Below are positions 50,265 through 64,000 of a stretch of 64,000 nt of DNA, in pieces. Location of the stretch: assembly GCF_009914755.1 (NCBI RefSeq), contig NC_060947.1, one strand, 5' to 3'. The notes below the pieces were generated by a model. That model had not been told where the DNA came from and did not search any database. It worked only from the letters and a program-made list of their open reading frames with translations. The stretch comes from the human T2T-CHM13v2.0 reference genome, Homo sapiens. Within the stretch, counting starts at the first letter, position 1. Each line of letters starts with the position of its first letter. Position numbers and translations under genes: made by a program.

Positions 50265-50561
50265 TTTTTTCTTTTTTTTGAGATAGGGTCTCATTCTGTC
50301 ACCTAGGCTGGAGTGCAGTAGCATGATCATGGCTCACTGCAGCTTTGGCCTCCTGGGCTCAATCGAGCCTCCTACCCCAGCCTCCTGAGTAGCTGTGACC
50401 ATAGACACATGCCACCACACCTGGCAAATTTTTGTATTTTTTGTAGAGATGGGGTTTCACCATGTTTCCTAGGCTGGTCTCAAACTCCTGGGCTCAAGTG
50501 ATCTGCTCACCTCGGCCTCCCAAAGTGCTAGGATTACTGGCGTGAGCCACTGTGCTTGGCC
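50265..50561 (-). mobile_element. AluJ-like
   Basis: Reverse Alu with TAGTTGG(G)TTTTT flanks. Confidence 0.9.
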
Positions 50562-50678
50562 TAGTTGGTTTTTTTTAAAATTCACTCTGACAAATTTTGT
50601 CTTCAATTGGTGTATTTTGACTACTCACATTTAGAGTGTTTCTTGATATATTTGGATTAATATCAACCATGTTCGTAA

Positions 50679-51313
<635 letters not shown>

Positions 51314-51692
51314 AAGTCCACTTTCAGATAACACTCTTATGCTTAACTTGTATGTAGTGCACATACCTTAATGCAGAGCATTTGTCATTCATTTCAATTA
51401 CTCATACACTATAATCACTCAGTATATTGTTGCTATTATTTCTTCAGACAGTTATCTTTTAGATCAATTAAGAATAAGAAAAATAAATATTTTTCTTTAC
51501 TTTCATTTATTTCATTTCTAATCCTCTTTCATTCTTTATGTAGATCTCAGTTGCCTGAAGAAAATCTTTTAACATTTCTTAAAGTGCAGGTTTGCTGGTG
51601 CTGAATTCCATCAGTTTTTATTTGTCTGAGAAAGTACTTATTTCATTTCTCCTTCACTTTTGAAGGATAATTTTGCTGGATATAGAATTTTA

Positions 51693-51995
51693 GGCTGGAC
51701 ACAGTGGTGCACAACTGTAATCCCAGCACTGTGGGAGGCCAAGGCAGGTGGATCACTTAGCTCAGCAGTTTGAGACCAGCCTAGGCAAAATGTAGAAACT
51801 CTGTCTTTACAAAAAGATACAAAAATTAGCCTGGCATGGTGACATGTGCCTGTAGTCCCAGCTACTCAGGAGGCCGAGGTGGGAGGATAGCTTGAGCCCA
51901 GGAGGTCTAGGCTGCAGGGGGCCATGATTGCACCACTGCTCTCTAGCCCGAGCCAGGGTGAGACCCTGTCTCAAAAAAAAAAAAAAAAAAAAAAA
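51693..51995 (+). mobile_element. Alu (J-like)
   Basis: Alu dimer; TSD AGAATTTTAGG. Confidence 0.9.
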
Positions 51996-52154
51996 GAATT
52001 TTAGGTTGGTTGTTTTTTCTTTGAACAGTTTAAATATTTCACTTCACTGTCTTCTTGCTTGCATGGTTTCTGGTGACAATTCCACTGCAGTTCTTATCCT
52101 TGTTCTTCCACAGGTAAGGTGTTTTTTTCCCCTCTGGTTTCTTTCATTATTTCC

Positions 52155-52651
52155 TGCTGGGGATAGGCCCCCAAATCTGGCCATAAACTGGCCATAAACA
52201 AAATCTCTGCAAGACTGTGACATGTTCATGATGGCCATGATGCCCACGCTGAAGGTTGTGGGTTTACCGGAATGAGGGCAAGGAACACCTAGCCCACCCA
52301 GGGCGGAAAACCGCTTAAAGGCGTTCCTAAGCCACAAACAATAGCATGAGCAATCTGTGCCTTAAGGATATGTTCCTGCTGCAGAGAACTAGCCAGAGCC
52401 CATCCCTTTGTTTCTGCCCATCCCTTTGTTTCCCGTAAGGAATACTTTTAGTAAATCTATAATCTATAGAACAATGCTTATCACTGGCTTGCTGTCAGTA
52501 AATATGTGGGTAAATCTCTGTTTGGAGCTCTCAGCTCTGAAGGCTGTGAGAACCCTGATTTCCCACTCCACATGCCATATTTCTGTGTGTGTGTCTTTAA
52601 TTCCTCTAGCGCCACTGGGCTAGGGTCTCCATGACTGAGCTGGTCTCGGCA
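52155..52651 (+). mobile_element. MER9-like (HERV-K HML-3) solo LTR
   Basis: TG..GGCCCCCAAATCTGGCCATAAACTGGCC...GAGCTGGTCTCGGCA with a perfect 6-bp TSD ATTTCC (52149-54 / 52652-57). Confidence 0.85.
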
Positions 52652-53187
52652 ATTTCCTCTTTGTTTTTGGTTTTATGCAGTTTGAATATTATATGCCTAG
52701 GTGTAGTGGTGTTTTCTTTTGGTATTTATTCTGCCCATTGTCCACTGAACTTCTTGGATGTATTGTTTGGTGTCTATTAATTTTGGAAAGTTATCTGCCA
52801 TTATTACTTCAAATATTTCTTCTGCTTCATTCTCTATTCCTTCTTCTGGTATTCCAATTTAGCACATGTTACTTGTGTTGAAATTGTCCCATAGTTCTTG
52901 GATATTCTCTTCTGTTTTATTTTTTAGTCTTTTTTTTCTATTTGCATTTCAGTTTGAGAGGTTTCTACTGACATATCTTTAGCTCATTGATCTTTTTCCT
53001 CAGCTGTGTCCAGTCCATTGATGAACCTATCAAAGGCATTCCTTGTTTCTGTTAGTTTTCTTTTTAATTTCTAGTATTTTCTTTTGAGTCTTTATTGGCA
53101 TTTCCTTCTCTCTAGCTTCATTATCCATCTATTCTGGCATGTTGTCTACTTTTTCCATTAGTGCCCTTAATGTATTGATCATAGTTA

Positions 53188-53490
53188 TTTTATTATTATT
53201 TTTATTTTTTTAGAGACAAGATATTGCTCTGCTGCCCAGACTGGCATGTGGTGGCATGATCACAGCTCACTGTAGCCTCAAACTCCTGGGCTCAAGCAAT
53301 CCTTCTGCCTCAGCGTCCCAAGTAGCTAGGACTACAGGCAGGCACCACCATGCCCAGCTAATTTTTTTTTTTTTTTAAGAGACGAAGTCTTGCTCTGTTG
53401 CCCAGACTGGTCTTGAACTCCTGGCCTCAACAATCCTCCTACCTTGGCCTTCCAAAGTGCTAGAATTACAGGCATGAGCCACCACACCCA
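53188..53490 (-). mobile_element. AluJ-like
   Basis: Reverse Alu; TSD TGATCATAGTTATTTT. Confidence 0.9.
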
Positions 53491-55304
53491 TTCTGATCAT
53501 AGTTATTTTAAATTCCTTGTCTTACAATTTCAAAAACTGTATCATATCTGAGTCTGGTTCTGAAGCTTGCTTTGTTTCTTCAGAACTTTTTTTCCCCTTG
53601 CTTTTGCTGTCTTGTAATTTTTTGTTAAAAACTAGACATGCTATATCAGGTATATAGGAACTGAGGTAAATAAGGTAAATAAGCCTCTAGTGTAAGGAGC
53701 TATGTTAATCTGGCTAGGAGTTGTGATTTGATTAATGTTTGCTATTGCTATAGGTGCTAGAGGCATCAAATTTCTCAGTGTTCCTGTTTTTGTCTCCCCT
53801 CTTGACTTTGGGCTTCCCAAACAGAAACACTCTGGTTTTTGCAGCTCTTTCCATTGTAATTTACTATTATACTAGAGCCCTGATGGTGTAGTGATAAGAC
53901 ATTGGGGATAGGGAGTATTCTATAATCTTCCAATTAAATCTCCATCTTTTAGTGGACCTATGTCTCTGGCCTGTGACCTTCGCAAGTGTTTCTTTTTGTA
54001 TAGCGTCGATCCTCCCCTTAGATGACACAAGAAGTGTAGAGGGTGATGGAGCTAGGTAATCACTGTTACCCCACAGCTCTGAGACAGAGCTCTGGTAAAA
54101 TCTTTCCCCCTAGAGAGTAGACATTTGTTATGAAAAAAGCTCTGAGATGTAGAGAGCAGGGCCTTCTTAAATTACACAGGCCAGTCATTGAGTTTACTGA
54201 GAATAGAGTCCACAGACTTAGGGTCCAGGACCAGCTGTCTTTTTATCTTCAAAATGGAGCACAAAGTAGCTGACTCCTGCCCATCACCACACATACAACT
54301 CACAGGATATGAGAGATGCAGTCTAGCAGAGTATCTTAAGATCATGGACTATTGGGGTCATGAGTTCCAGTTACTACTGGAACTTACTATCAGCTCTTTG
54401 ATCTTGGAAACATTTTTTGACCACTCCAAATATCAATTATCCCATATTTACAGTAGATTTGATGACTCTCCTTTCACTTGTGACCCCCACTAGTTATATT
54501 GGGCCAAAAAGTATGCCCCTCATAGAGCCTGAATTCTCTAACACCAAATCAAATTCTCTTAGTACAAAATGCCAGGAGGAATGATGTGAGAAAAGGGCAA
54601 AAATATTCCCAAATATGGAAGTTTTCTAGTTTTCTTTTTGTTATTAATTATTGATTTCTGTATAGGTGTATTGAGGGTCAGAGAACATGTGTATAACTGC
54701 AATCCTTTTGTATTTATTGTGACATCTTTATGACCTAATAATTAATTTTTGTAAAAATGTTTCATGCCTACATTTACTGGGTTCAGAGTTCTGTATACGT
54801 CCTTTAGAAAAGTTTGTCAAATTGTTCCAAGCTTCTTTATCATTTCTGAATTTTTATCTGCTTGCTCTATCAGTTACTGATAACAATTTAAACTTAACAT
54901 ATTAAGTTTCTCATTATGGTTGTGAATTTGTTTCTCCTGTGGTTCTGCCATTTTAACATTTGATCATGAAAGATAGCACACATATAGAGTCACACACATT
55001 CACAAGATGTAGAGCTAAATTATTTATTACAAAATGAAAAACTGGGTAATCACCACTCATGTCAAGAAGTAGAATACTGTTAGCAGTCCAGAAATGCCAT
55101 TGATGTCCCCTTCAGTCATCCCCCTTCCTTACCACTAGAGCTAATAATAATCCTGAAATTTATGGTAACCCTTTCCTTGTTTTTCTTTATATTTTATATC
55201 CTAAGCAGTACAGTTTAGGATATTGCCTGTTTTGTGAACTGTATATAAATGGAACTATACAGCATGTATTTTTTATGGCTGGCATATTTTATTCAATACT
55301 ATAT

Positions 55305-55618
55305 ACAATGAAACTGAATGTTTATGTCCCTCCCCCAAAAAATTATATGTTGAAATCCAAACTTCCAAGGTGATAGTATTAGGAGTTGGGGCCACTGGGA
55401 GGGATTAGTGCCCTTATGAAAGAGACCCCAGAGAGCTCCCTCACTCTTCTACCATGTGAGGTTACAGTGAAAAACAGCCATCTGTGAGGAAGAGGGCCCT
55501 CACCAGACACTGAATCTATCACCTTGATCCTGTACTTCCCAGCCTCCAGAACTATGAGAAATAAATTTGCTTTTTATAAGCCATAGTATTTTGTTATAGC
55601 AGCCTGAGCTAAAATGTT
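55305..55618 (+). mobile_element. MLT1A/B LTR
   Basis: ACTGAATGTTTATGTCCC..CCAGCCTCCAGAACTATGAGAAATAAATTT..TTATAGCAGCC. Confidence 0.8.
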
Positions 55619-56376
55619 ATGTTTATGGTATGAATCCATGTTTCTATGTTTAGATTTAATTAATTTATTTGCATTGATGTGTAGTATACAATTATTGAAC
55701 ATATCACAGTTTATGCTATTGTTTTGTTCTTTATATAAATTTAGGTTATTTCCAGCTTTTCAATATTATATATAATGCGGCTATGAAAATTCTTATATAT
55801 ACCTCTCAGTATACACGTACACAAATTTCTGTTGGGTAGCTATCTATGAGGAGAATTGCATGTTCAACTGTAATATATGATGCCAAACTTCCAAATTGGT
55901 TGTATCAGTTTACACTTCCATCAGTAGTGATAACAGTTCTTGGTGCTGTACATCACCACCATTGCTTGTTATTATCTGCCTTTTTCATTTCACTGATAAC
56001 TAATGAAGCTGAGCACACTTTCATTTTTTTGGACAATTTAGATATCCTCTTTTACGAAGTGGTTGTATTATTCCCATTCTACTATTGGCTTATGTGTCTT
56101 TTTCACATTAATTTGTAGGATTTTAAAAATATATTCTGCATCTGAGCTCTTTGTCAGTGAAATGTATTGCAAATAGCTCACCAACTTTGTGGCATGTCTT
56201 TTTACTCTCTTTGTGGTGTCATTTGACTAATGGAATGTCTTAATTTCAATGGAATGATAGTTATGATAAGTACTCTGTGTCCAGTTTAAAAAGTCTGTGC
56301 CTACATCATAGTTATAAAGATATTCTATATTATTTTCTAGAAGGCAGATGTATAATTGACCACAAATTAGTTTTTG

Positions 56377-56494
56377 TGTATTGCATTAGGGTTTTTCAGA
56401 GAAACAGAACCAATCTATAGCAAATATATATAGCACATATATATATATATATATACACACACACATATATATATATATACATATACGCACACAC

Positions 56495-56540
<46 letters not shown>

Positions 56541-56900
56541 CAAGGAATTGGCTCATGTGATTATGGAGGCTAAGAAGTCCCAAGATCTATAGTCAGCAAG
56601 TTCGAGACAGGCTCAAGACCCAAGGACAGTTGATTTTTCTGTTCAAGTTTGAAGTCAAGAAAAGACCAATGTCCCAGTTCAAACAATCAGACAGAAGTTC
56701 CCTCTTACTCAGCCTTTGTATTCTATTGAGGTCTTCAATTGGTTGGATGAGGCCCACCTATGTTAGGAAGGGCAATTTGTTTTATTCTGTCTACCAATTT
56801 AAATGTTAATCTCATCCAGAAATACCCCAGGATAACATTTGAACAAATGTCTGGGCATTCTGTGGCCCAGTTAAGTTAACACAAAAAATTAACCATCACA
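56377..56900 (-). mobile_element. MLT2B-like LTR with a compound (TA)(CA)(GA) microsatellite
   Basis: TTAGGGTTTTTCAGAGAAACAGAACCAAT...AAAATTAACCATCACA. Confidence 0.8.
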
Positions 56901-58576
56901 TGTTTAATGTGAGGTAGGGGTCAAGATTTACATTTTCCATATTATATATTGCAGTTCATTCAGTGTCATTTGATAAAAGTTATCCTTTCCTCCAGTGCTT
57001 AACAATGCACGTTTATTGTAAATCAGCAATCCATAATGCATGGGTCTGTTTCTGGGATCTCTCTTTGATTCCATTGGTCTCTTTGGCTATCCTTGGATTA
57101 GTATCACACTAAACTACTATGACTTTATAACGTGTCAATATTTAGATTTTATAATAAGTTTTGGTATTTAGTAGACAGAGCAAAGTCCTCCAGATTGGGA
57201 TTTTTTCAATAATGTGTAAGTTATTCTTGACTTTTTGTGTTTGTATATAATCTTTAGAATCAGCTTGTCAAGTGCCATGAAAGGAAGGAAGAAGGGAAGG
57301 AGAGAATGAAGGAGGAGTTTTGTTTAGGATTGCATTGTAATTATAGGTCAGTTAGAAGAGAATTGACATCTTCCTAACACTGAGTCTTCCAACCCATGAC
57401 CATGGTATATATTCCATTTATTTATTTAAAGATCTCAGTAACATTCATCATGTATTGGATTTAAAACTTCCATTTTGTAACTGTTTTTTTGCTGATTAAG
57501 AAATGCAACTGAATTTTGTATATTGTCATATCCAGAACACTTGATGAATTCATTTATTCATTCCAAAATTTTTATATATGGACTCTTTTAGATTTCCTAA
57601 ATTACAGTCATGTTGTCTGTGCATGACAGTTTCATTTCTTCCTTTCCAATTCTCTACCTTTTCTTTCTTCTTCCCTTCCTTCCTTCCTTTTGCCTTCCTG
57701 CCTTCATCTTTTTATTTTCACTGGCCTGGGACCTACAGTCAAATTTTAAAAAGATCTGGGGCTTCCTAATCTCAGCTTCAGCTTCAAAGAGAAAGCTTTC
57801 TATACTCATCATTATATTTTATGTTTGCTATATGTTTTTTATAAACATATTCTAACAAATCAAGGAAGTCCCTTTCTGTCTCTTCCCATTTAATAAGGGC
57901 TTCTATTATAAATACTTTTTTCTTCATCTATTAAAATAATCATATGATTGTTAGACTTTATTCTCTTAATGTGGTAAATTACATTAATTGATTTTCAAAT
58001 ATTATACCAATCTTTCATTTCTGGAATACCTTAACTTGTATGTAGTATATTATTATTCTCATATATGGTCAGGTTCTTTCTTCTTTAAATTTTTTTTCAG
58101 TTATGTCAATGAGTTACATTGACCTATATTTTTCTTTTCCCATAATGACCTTGTCGGGTTTTGATATTAAGGTTATACCAAATCTTAAAATGACTTGCAG
58201 AGTATTCTCTCTTTTTTAATTATCTGGAAGACTGTGTTGGATGGATATTATTTTCTTCACTAGTGAAGTTATCTGGGCCTAAAATTTTCCTGGTCGGAAA
58301 CATTTTGGAAGATTTTAAATATGAATTTTATTTATTTATTTCTTATTTATTTATATTGAAATCTTCAAGATGAGGTTTTATCTGAATACAGTAAGTATTG
58401 TGGTTTAATAATCTGTACCTGATAAATCAAATAATTCAAATCATATTGATCTATTTGTGTTGCCTGTTGTTTCTATTTGTTACTCATAACGTATTTTTTT
58501 CGTGCACCTGGTTATCTTTGTGTGTGGATATTGTATTTCAGCAATTGTTGTAATAATCTAAGGCCTAAGATGATAA

Positions 58577-58960
<384 letters not shown>

Positions 58961-59428
58961 TTACCACCATAATATTTGTTCAGAACTTACAGTTCACTAG
59001 TCCACCCAGATGATGCAAAGCCAAGCTACAAGACTTTGTAAGGGCTAGTATATTTTTTGATTACAATTACCCTGAAGGTATAAACATTTGCGGTTCCCAG
59101 CATACTATGGGTGATGGTTTGTCAGGAAACACTCCACCCCTTTTGATGGGCCTTGGGCTCTGACTTCTGTTACTATAGTGCCTTGAATGTGCCATAAGTT
59201 CCACGCAGTTTAGCACAGGCTTATTACTCAACCACAGATACCTTCAATAAAAATATAGTTTTAAGTCCTAGGCTTACCTCTCTGGATGCTTCTGTTCTCT
59301 TGTAGTATAACCTAGCAATTCCTCACAATTGTATTAATTTTGTAGCCTTTTAGAGATCTGACGTTTTGTAGTTCTTTTCAATGGGTGGGTTGCTCTAAAT
59401 CATCTAGTCCGCCATTACCAGAAGCAGA

Positions 59429-59451
59429 TACACACACACACACACATATAT

Positions 59452-59506
<55 letters not shown>
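59429..59506. repeat. (CA)n/(TA)n microsatellite; a second (CA)n at ~59975-60004
   Basis: Directly visible. Confidence 0.95.
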
Positions 59507-59973
59507 CCTGTTTTCATCAATGGGATATTTGAATAATCATGCAAGAGGATGCAAAGATGAATATGGCACAGTCTCCATCTTTAGGGGGCTTATAGGGGGA
59601 TACAGAAATGGAAAGAGCCAATTACAAAACCTAATGAGTGTTAACAATGGGGAAATAAAGGTGCTAAAAGAACAGATAAGGGATCTAGACTTGAGAGTTC
59701 AGGGATGGCTCTTCTTTCAGAATGTGATTAATTTCTTTTTATATCAAAAGCCCATTAAACAGAAGAGGAGTTAAACCTCTACTCCAACCTTTGTGAACAC
59801 AGAAAGCAGGTTCAGCTATGAGCCAATTGGAAAACAGCTTCTTCGGAGACTGAGATTTTCTGAGCAAATCACCATGTATCAGCATAGGGACCATAGAAGA
59901 CAAGATCATATCTGATGTCCCACATCTGACCACCTCCCTGATGAGCTACCACTATTTCTCCCAGTGCACACGT

Positions 59974-60008
<35 letters not shown>

Positions 60009-61774
60009 TGGAAAGGTACAAGGATATATGGTACAAAAACCTTTGTTAAGGGCAACATGAAAGGTAGAGACCCTGTGCAACAGGGGAAGGAAAGATCACT
60101 TCCAGCTAGGGTGGCTTCAGAGGCTGAGTGATGAGGGTTGGCCTCTAAGAATGGGCAGGACTAGGACCTCTAGGGGGAATAAGAAGGCAGTTGGCAGGAA
60201 GTAAATGACACATAAGGACAATGAGAGGGAAGAATAAGGCATACTTGGGGCACATTGAGTGAGGGCAGAGAAGTGCATGACTAGGTTGAGAATGTGTGTC
60301 CTGGGGCTCAATTCTGATGGATGCTGAATGTCAGGATGAAGAGTGCAGAATTTACTCTGTGGGTGGTAGGTTTACCGTCAGCGCCTTCAAGCAGGAGAAT
60401 GGCAGTTAAAAGCAGGGAAGAGTAAAGTTTAATTTGATGGTAATGTACAAGATTTATCTTAAGGAAGGGGCAGGGCTGGAAGCAGGAAAACTAGAGAAGA
60501 GATTATTCTAAGAGTTCAAATGAGAAATGGTGAAGCTCTAAGGTAGTGACAGATTCAGGAGATACAGCGAAGCAGGAAGGAGAGCTTTGTCTGTGGGAGA
60601 GGGACAAATCAGATGAGACCTTGATTTCAAGTTGGGGCAACCTGACCATTTAATAAAGATAGGCCAGTATAATTAATGTAAGACCAGGAACTATAGTCAA
60701 ACAGCTGAGTTTTCCCTCCCTACCTCCTTGTAGGTCCCGCCTATCATCTGAGGCCCAAGTCAAGGTCCTTTTCCTCCTTGAAGCTTTCTCTGTCTATTTC
60801 CAGCAAACCTGGCCATTGCCTTCTCTGAGCTCCTATTGGCCCATTGACAGTGGCCCAAAGTCACTGGCCTAGTGACTTTTCCTTTAGCTCTTTCTTCAAG
60901 TGGCCTCATGTGAAGAGGCTCTCTGCCTACCCAGAGAGCATATCATTCACCAAGGTGAAAGATCTTCCTCCTCTGATACCTAGCCCTTTTCTCTTAAAGA
61001 ACACAGTAAAGTGTTAGACATCGGTAGGTCCCTGAGAAATAATTATTGACTCATCAGTGATCACAGGGAAGGAAGTTGAGTAGAGAAAATGGGAGATAAC
61101 ATAGGGACACATTGAGATAGTAGTCCTCATTCTAAGACCTAGGTTGGTTCTCAGGCTTGGCAGTAACCAGCTTGTGTAACCTTGAACAGTTTACTTAAAT
61201 CTCTCTGAGCCTTGGGTTTCTCATTCATCTAATGGGGCAAAGACTCTTTACTCACAGGCTGTTGAGAGGGTACTTGGGATATCCCACTGTCCCACATAAA
61301 GCAGCTATCCCCGTGTAGGGCACATCCAGGCACTCAGTTAATAGTGAGGTTCCCAAAGGTCTCTAGAGGAAAGTATTGTTTCCTTGTGGTTGGCCTTTGT
61401 CTCCCTCATCCTGACATACCCCAGTAGATATACAAGAAATAATTATGATTGCCTTTTGTTGAGTGCCCAAGATGTGAAGATCTTGGTGTGTTACAGAGGT
61501 GATGTCAGCACATTAGGAGTGACTTACCCAAGGACACACAGTAGTGATGATTCTGTCTCTGGGGACTCAGAGAGGTCTCCTGACTCCAGTTTTCTGTCCA
61601 GACAGAAGAGGCATCCACAGTGCCTTGTGTTTCTGTGCCTCATATACCTGTGCTTCCCAGATGTTTATCTAGAAGTTAAAATAATGGGGCAGAAGAGCAG
61701 CTGATAGTGCAGTGTTTTTTTCCATCTCATAATCTATTGATCTGATATCACTGAAGCTCATATAGTATATATAG

Positions 61775-62115
<341 letters not shown>

Positions 62116-63149
62116 AGCTATGCAAATTTTTATTGCAAAATCATGTCTTTTATGGGAGGTTGAAGGAACTATTTATTGAAGGTCTACTATGTGTTAAACA
62201 CTTTATATAGCAATTGTTATTTATAATTCACAATAATCCTGATACAGAAAATCTTACTCCCATTTTCTAGAAGAGAAAACTAAAGTTCACAGAATTTTAG
62301 TAACTTTTCTAGGTTGACACAACTAAGAAGTGACAAAGCTGGTATTTTAGCTCTTGATCTCCACAGTAAGTAATTAGACTGGTTGCTATAGTATATGTTA
62401 TATGGTGACCATGTGATGTCATGCACATAAAGGAATTCAACAACACCTGTTGATGAGGATGATAATAAACATGAAATAATCTCTCTTGGGTTTAGACACC
62501 TGGGTTGTGGTGTTCATATGAATTTAGTTAGAGCAAAAATTCAATGTATTGTACTCACTAAAGCCTAGCCCAGCTTTTGCACTAGGTTGAAATGCCATCT
62601 AATCTGTATATTAAAAGCTCATTAAAACCTAGGTGTGTAGAAGAGCATTCTTGTCTTTTCTTTGCTAAATTTCTATTTTTGGACCTGTGCCATACTGCTT
62701 GGATTATTACGAGCTCTCATATGTTAAACAACTAGAACCCCTTTATTGTGACTTTTATTAATTTCTTGCCTATCCTTTTCCATTTGATTTTTTTCAAGAG
62801 ACCTTTGAAGGAAAATCTACCAAACTTCCAAATGCCGGCAGGGTTGGGGGCAGGAGTGATAAAATTCACAGCTTTACAAGACTGAATCATCCCATCCAGG
62901 AATCTGGCATCCTAACTGTCTAATTATCCAACAGGCACATTTCTTTTCAATTATTTCAAAATTCAGAATTTACTTTAGATCTTCAATAACTGCTAAAAGT
63001 TGATCTGAAAATAATCAGGCTAAAGACCAAGGCCCTTTTTAACCTGGCCTGTGGAGTGGTTTCTATATAAGAGGTAATTAGTGACCTACCTACTTCAAGT
63101 ACTGTAATGAAGATGAAACAGAAAAAGGCAGTGGGACAATATGATATAT

Positions 63150-64000
63150 ATTAAGGAGAGCAAGACTTGAGGTAGCAAAACCAGAAAGGGATCTTCCACC
63201 ATAGACCAGGAGTGGGGAGTTGTTTGCCTAAAAAAATGTAGCAAGAGTGGAGATGGAAGAAAAGTGGGAAAATCCAGATATTTAGAAGAGAAGGTCAAGA
63301 TTACTTGGTGGGAGGGAGGAAGAGGGAATGAGGGATGATTCCCAGATTTCTTGCTTGGGCAACAGTGTGGGTTCTGGAGCCATCTATTAAGATAAGAGAA
63401 ATGAAGAGGAGGGAGTTTTGTGTGTGGAAAAGATCAAGGAAGGATGGTAAAATCACTTGGGACATATTGCATTTGAGGTCCTTCAGGGACATTCAGGTGG
63501 ATATATCTAATCGTTAATTAAAACGGATCTGAATCAAATTTATGCTGAAGTTCATGTAGAAAAACAAACATACAAGAATGTGTTGGAAAAAAGAGAATCT
63601 ACTGAGGGGACCTAGCTCTACCAGATATATGAAATTATATATCCTCTATAATTCAACTGGTATATGGATAGCAAACAGACCAATGAAATAGAATAAAAAG
63701 CCCAGAAGGTTTTCCAAGTACATATGGATATTTGATATGTAATAAAGGTGGTATCTCAAATCCCTAAAGCAAAGATGGACTTTCTGATGCCAGAACAACT
63801 GAGAAACCGATTGGAAAAAGAAAACAAAAGATCCATCAATACTTTATGCCATACACAAATATAAACTCTAAATGTAAAGAAAACCATATGAATACTAGAA
63901 GAAAACATGGGTGAATGCTTCTTGGACCTTATGTAGGAAAAGATTTCTTAACTATGAATCGAAATCTAGAGGCAATAAAAGTTAAATAAATTTGACTACT
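63150..64000 (+). mobile_element. L2 fragment (~63150-63515) followed by an old L1M ORF2 fragment running off the window end
   Basis: GATGATTCCCAGATTTCTTGCTTGGGCAAC (L2); ACAGACCAATGAAATAGAATA..TACTAGAAGAAAACATGGG (L1). Confidence 0.6.

Larger units (their letters stand above)
54620..58330 (-). mobile_element. Ancient L1ME-like fragments with nested MLT1 and MLT2 LTRs
   Basis: T-rich antisense L1 motifs, e.g. TTTAGAATCAGCTTGTCAAGT and GAATTGACATCTT. Confidence 0.6.

Overview
Primate (most likely human Xq22) genomic DNA. It is AT-rich and dominated by interspersed repeats: L1s of many ages, about 18 Alus, and MER83/MER4/MLT/MST/MER9 LTRs plus MIR, L2 and DNA-transposon fragments. One intact protein-coding gene is present: TCEAL4 (+ strand, CpG-rich promoter ~42.4-43.5 kb, two short non-coding exons, single coding exon 43663-44310, 215 aa). 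The most striking unexplained structure is a fossil divergent histone gene pair at ~27.5-29.6 kb. It comprises a degraded H2B on the - strand mixing canonical/TH2B-like and H2B.W-like motifs, a decayed bidirectional histone promoter, and on the + strand an H2A C-terminal remnant followed by a near-perfect histone 3' stem-loop and U7-binding element, with an ancient L1 sitting where the H2A body should be. Other notable signals are an orphan CRE+RFX promoter with - strand exons at ~11.2-12.0 kb, a probable L1 3' transduction at 48.5-49.6 kb, a twin-primed L1, a trimeric Alu, and latent N-terminally extended TCEAL4 frames. Nearly all other ORFs in the track are repeat-derived or spurious. Repeat subfamily names and protein comparisons are from recalled consensus sequences, not from searches.
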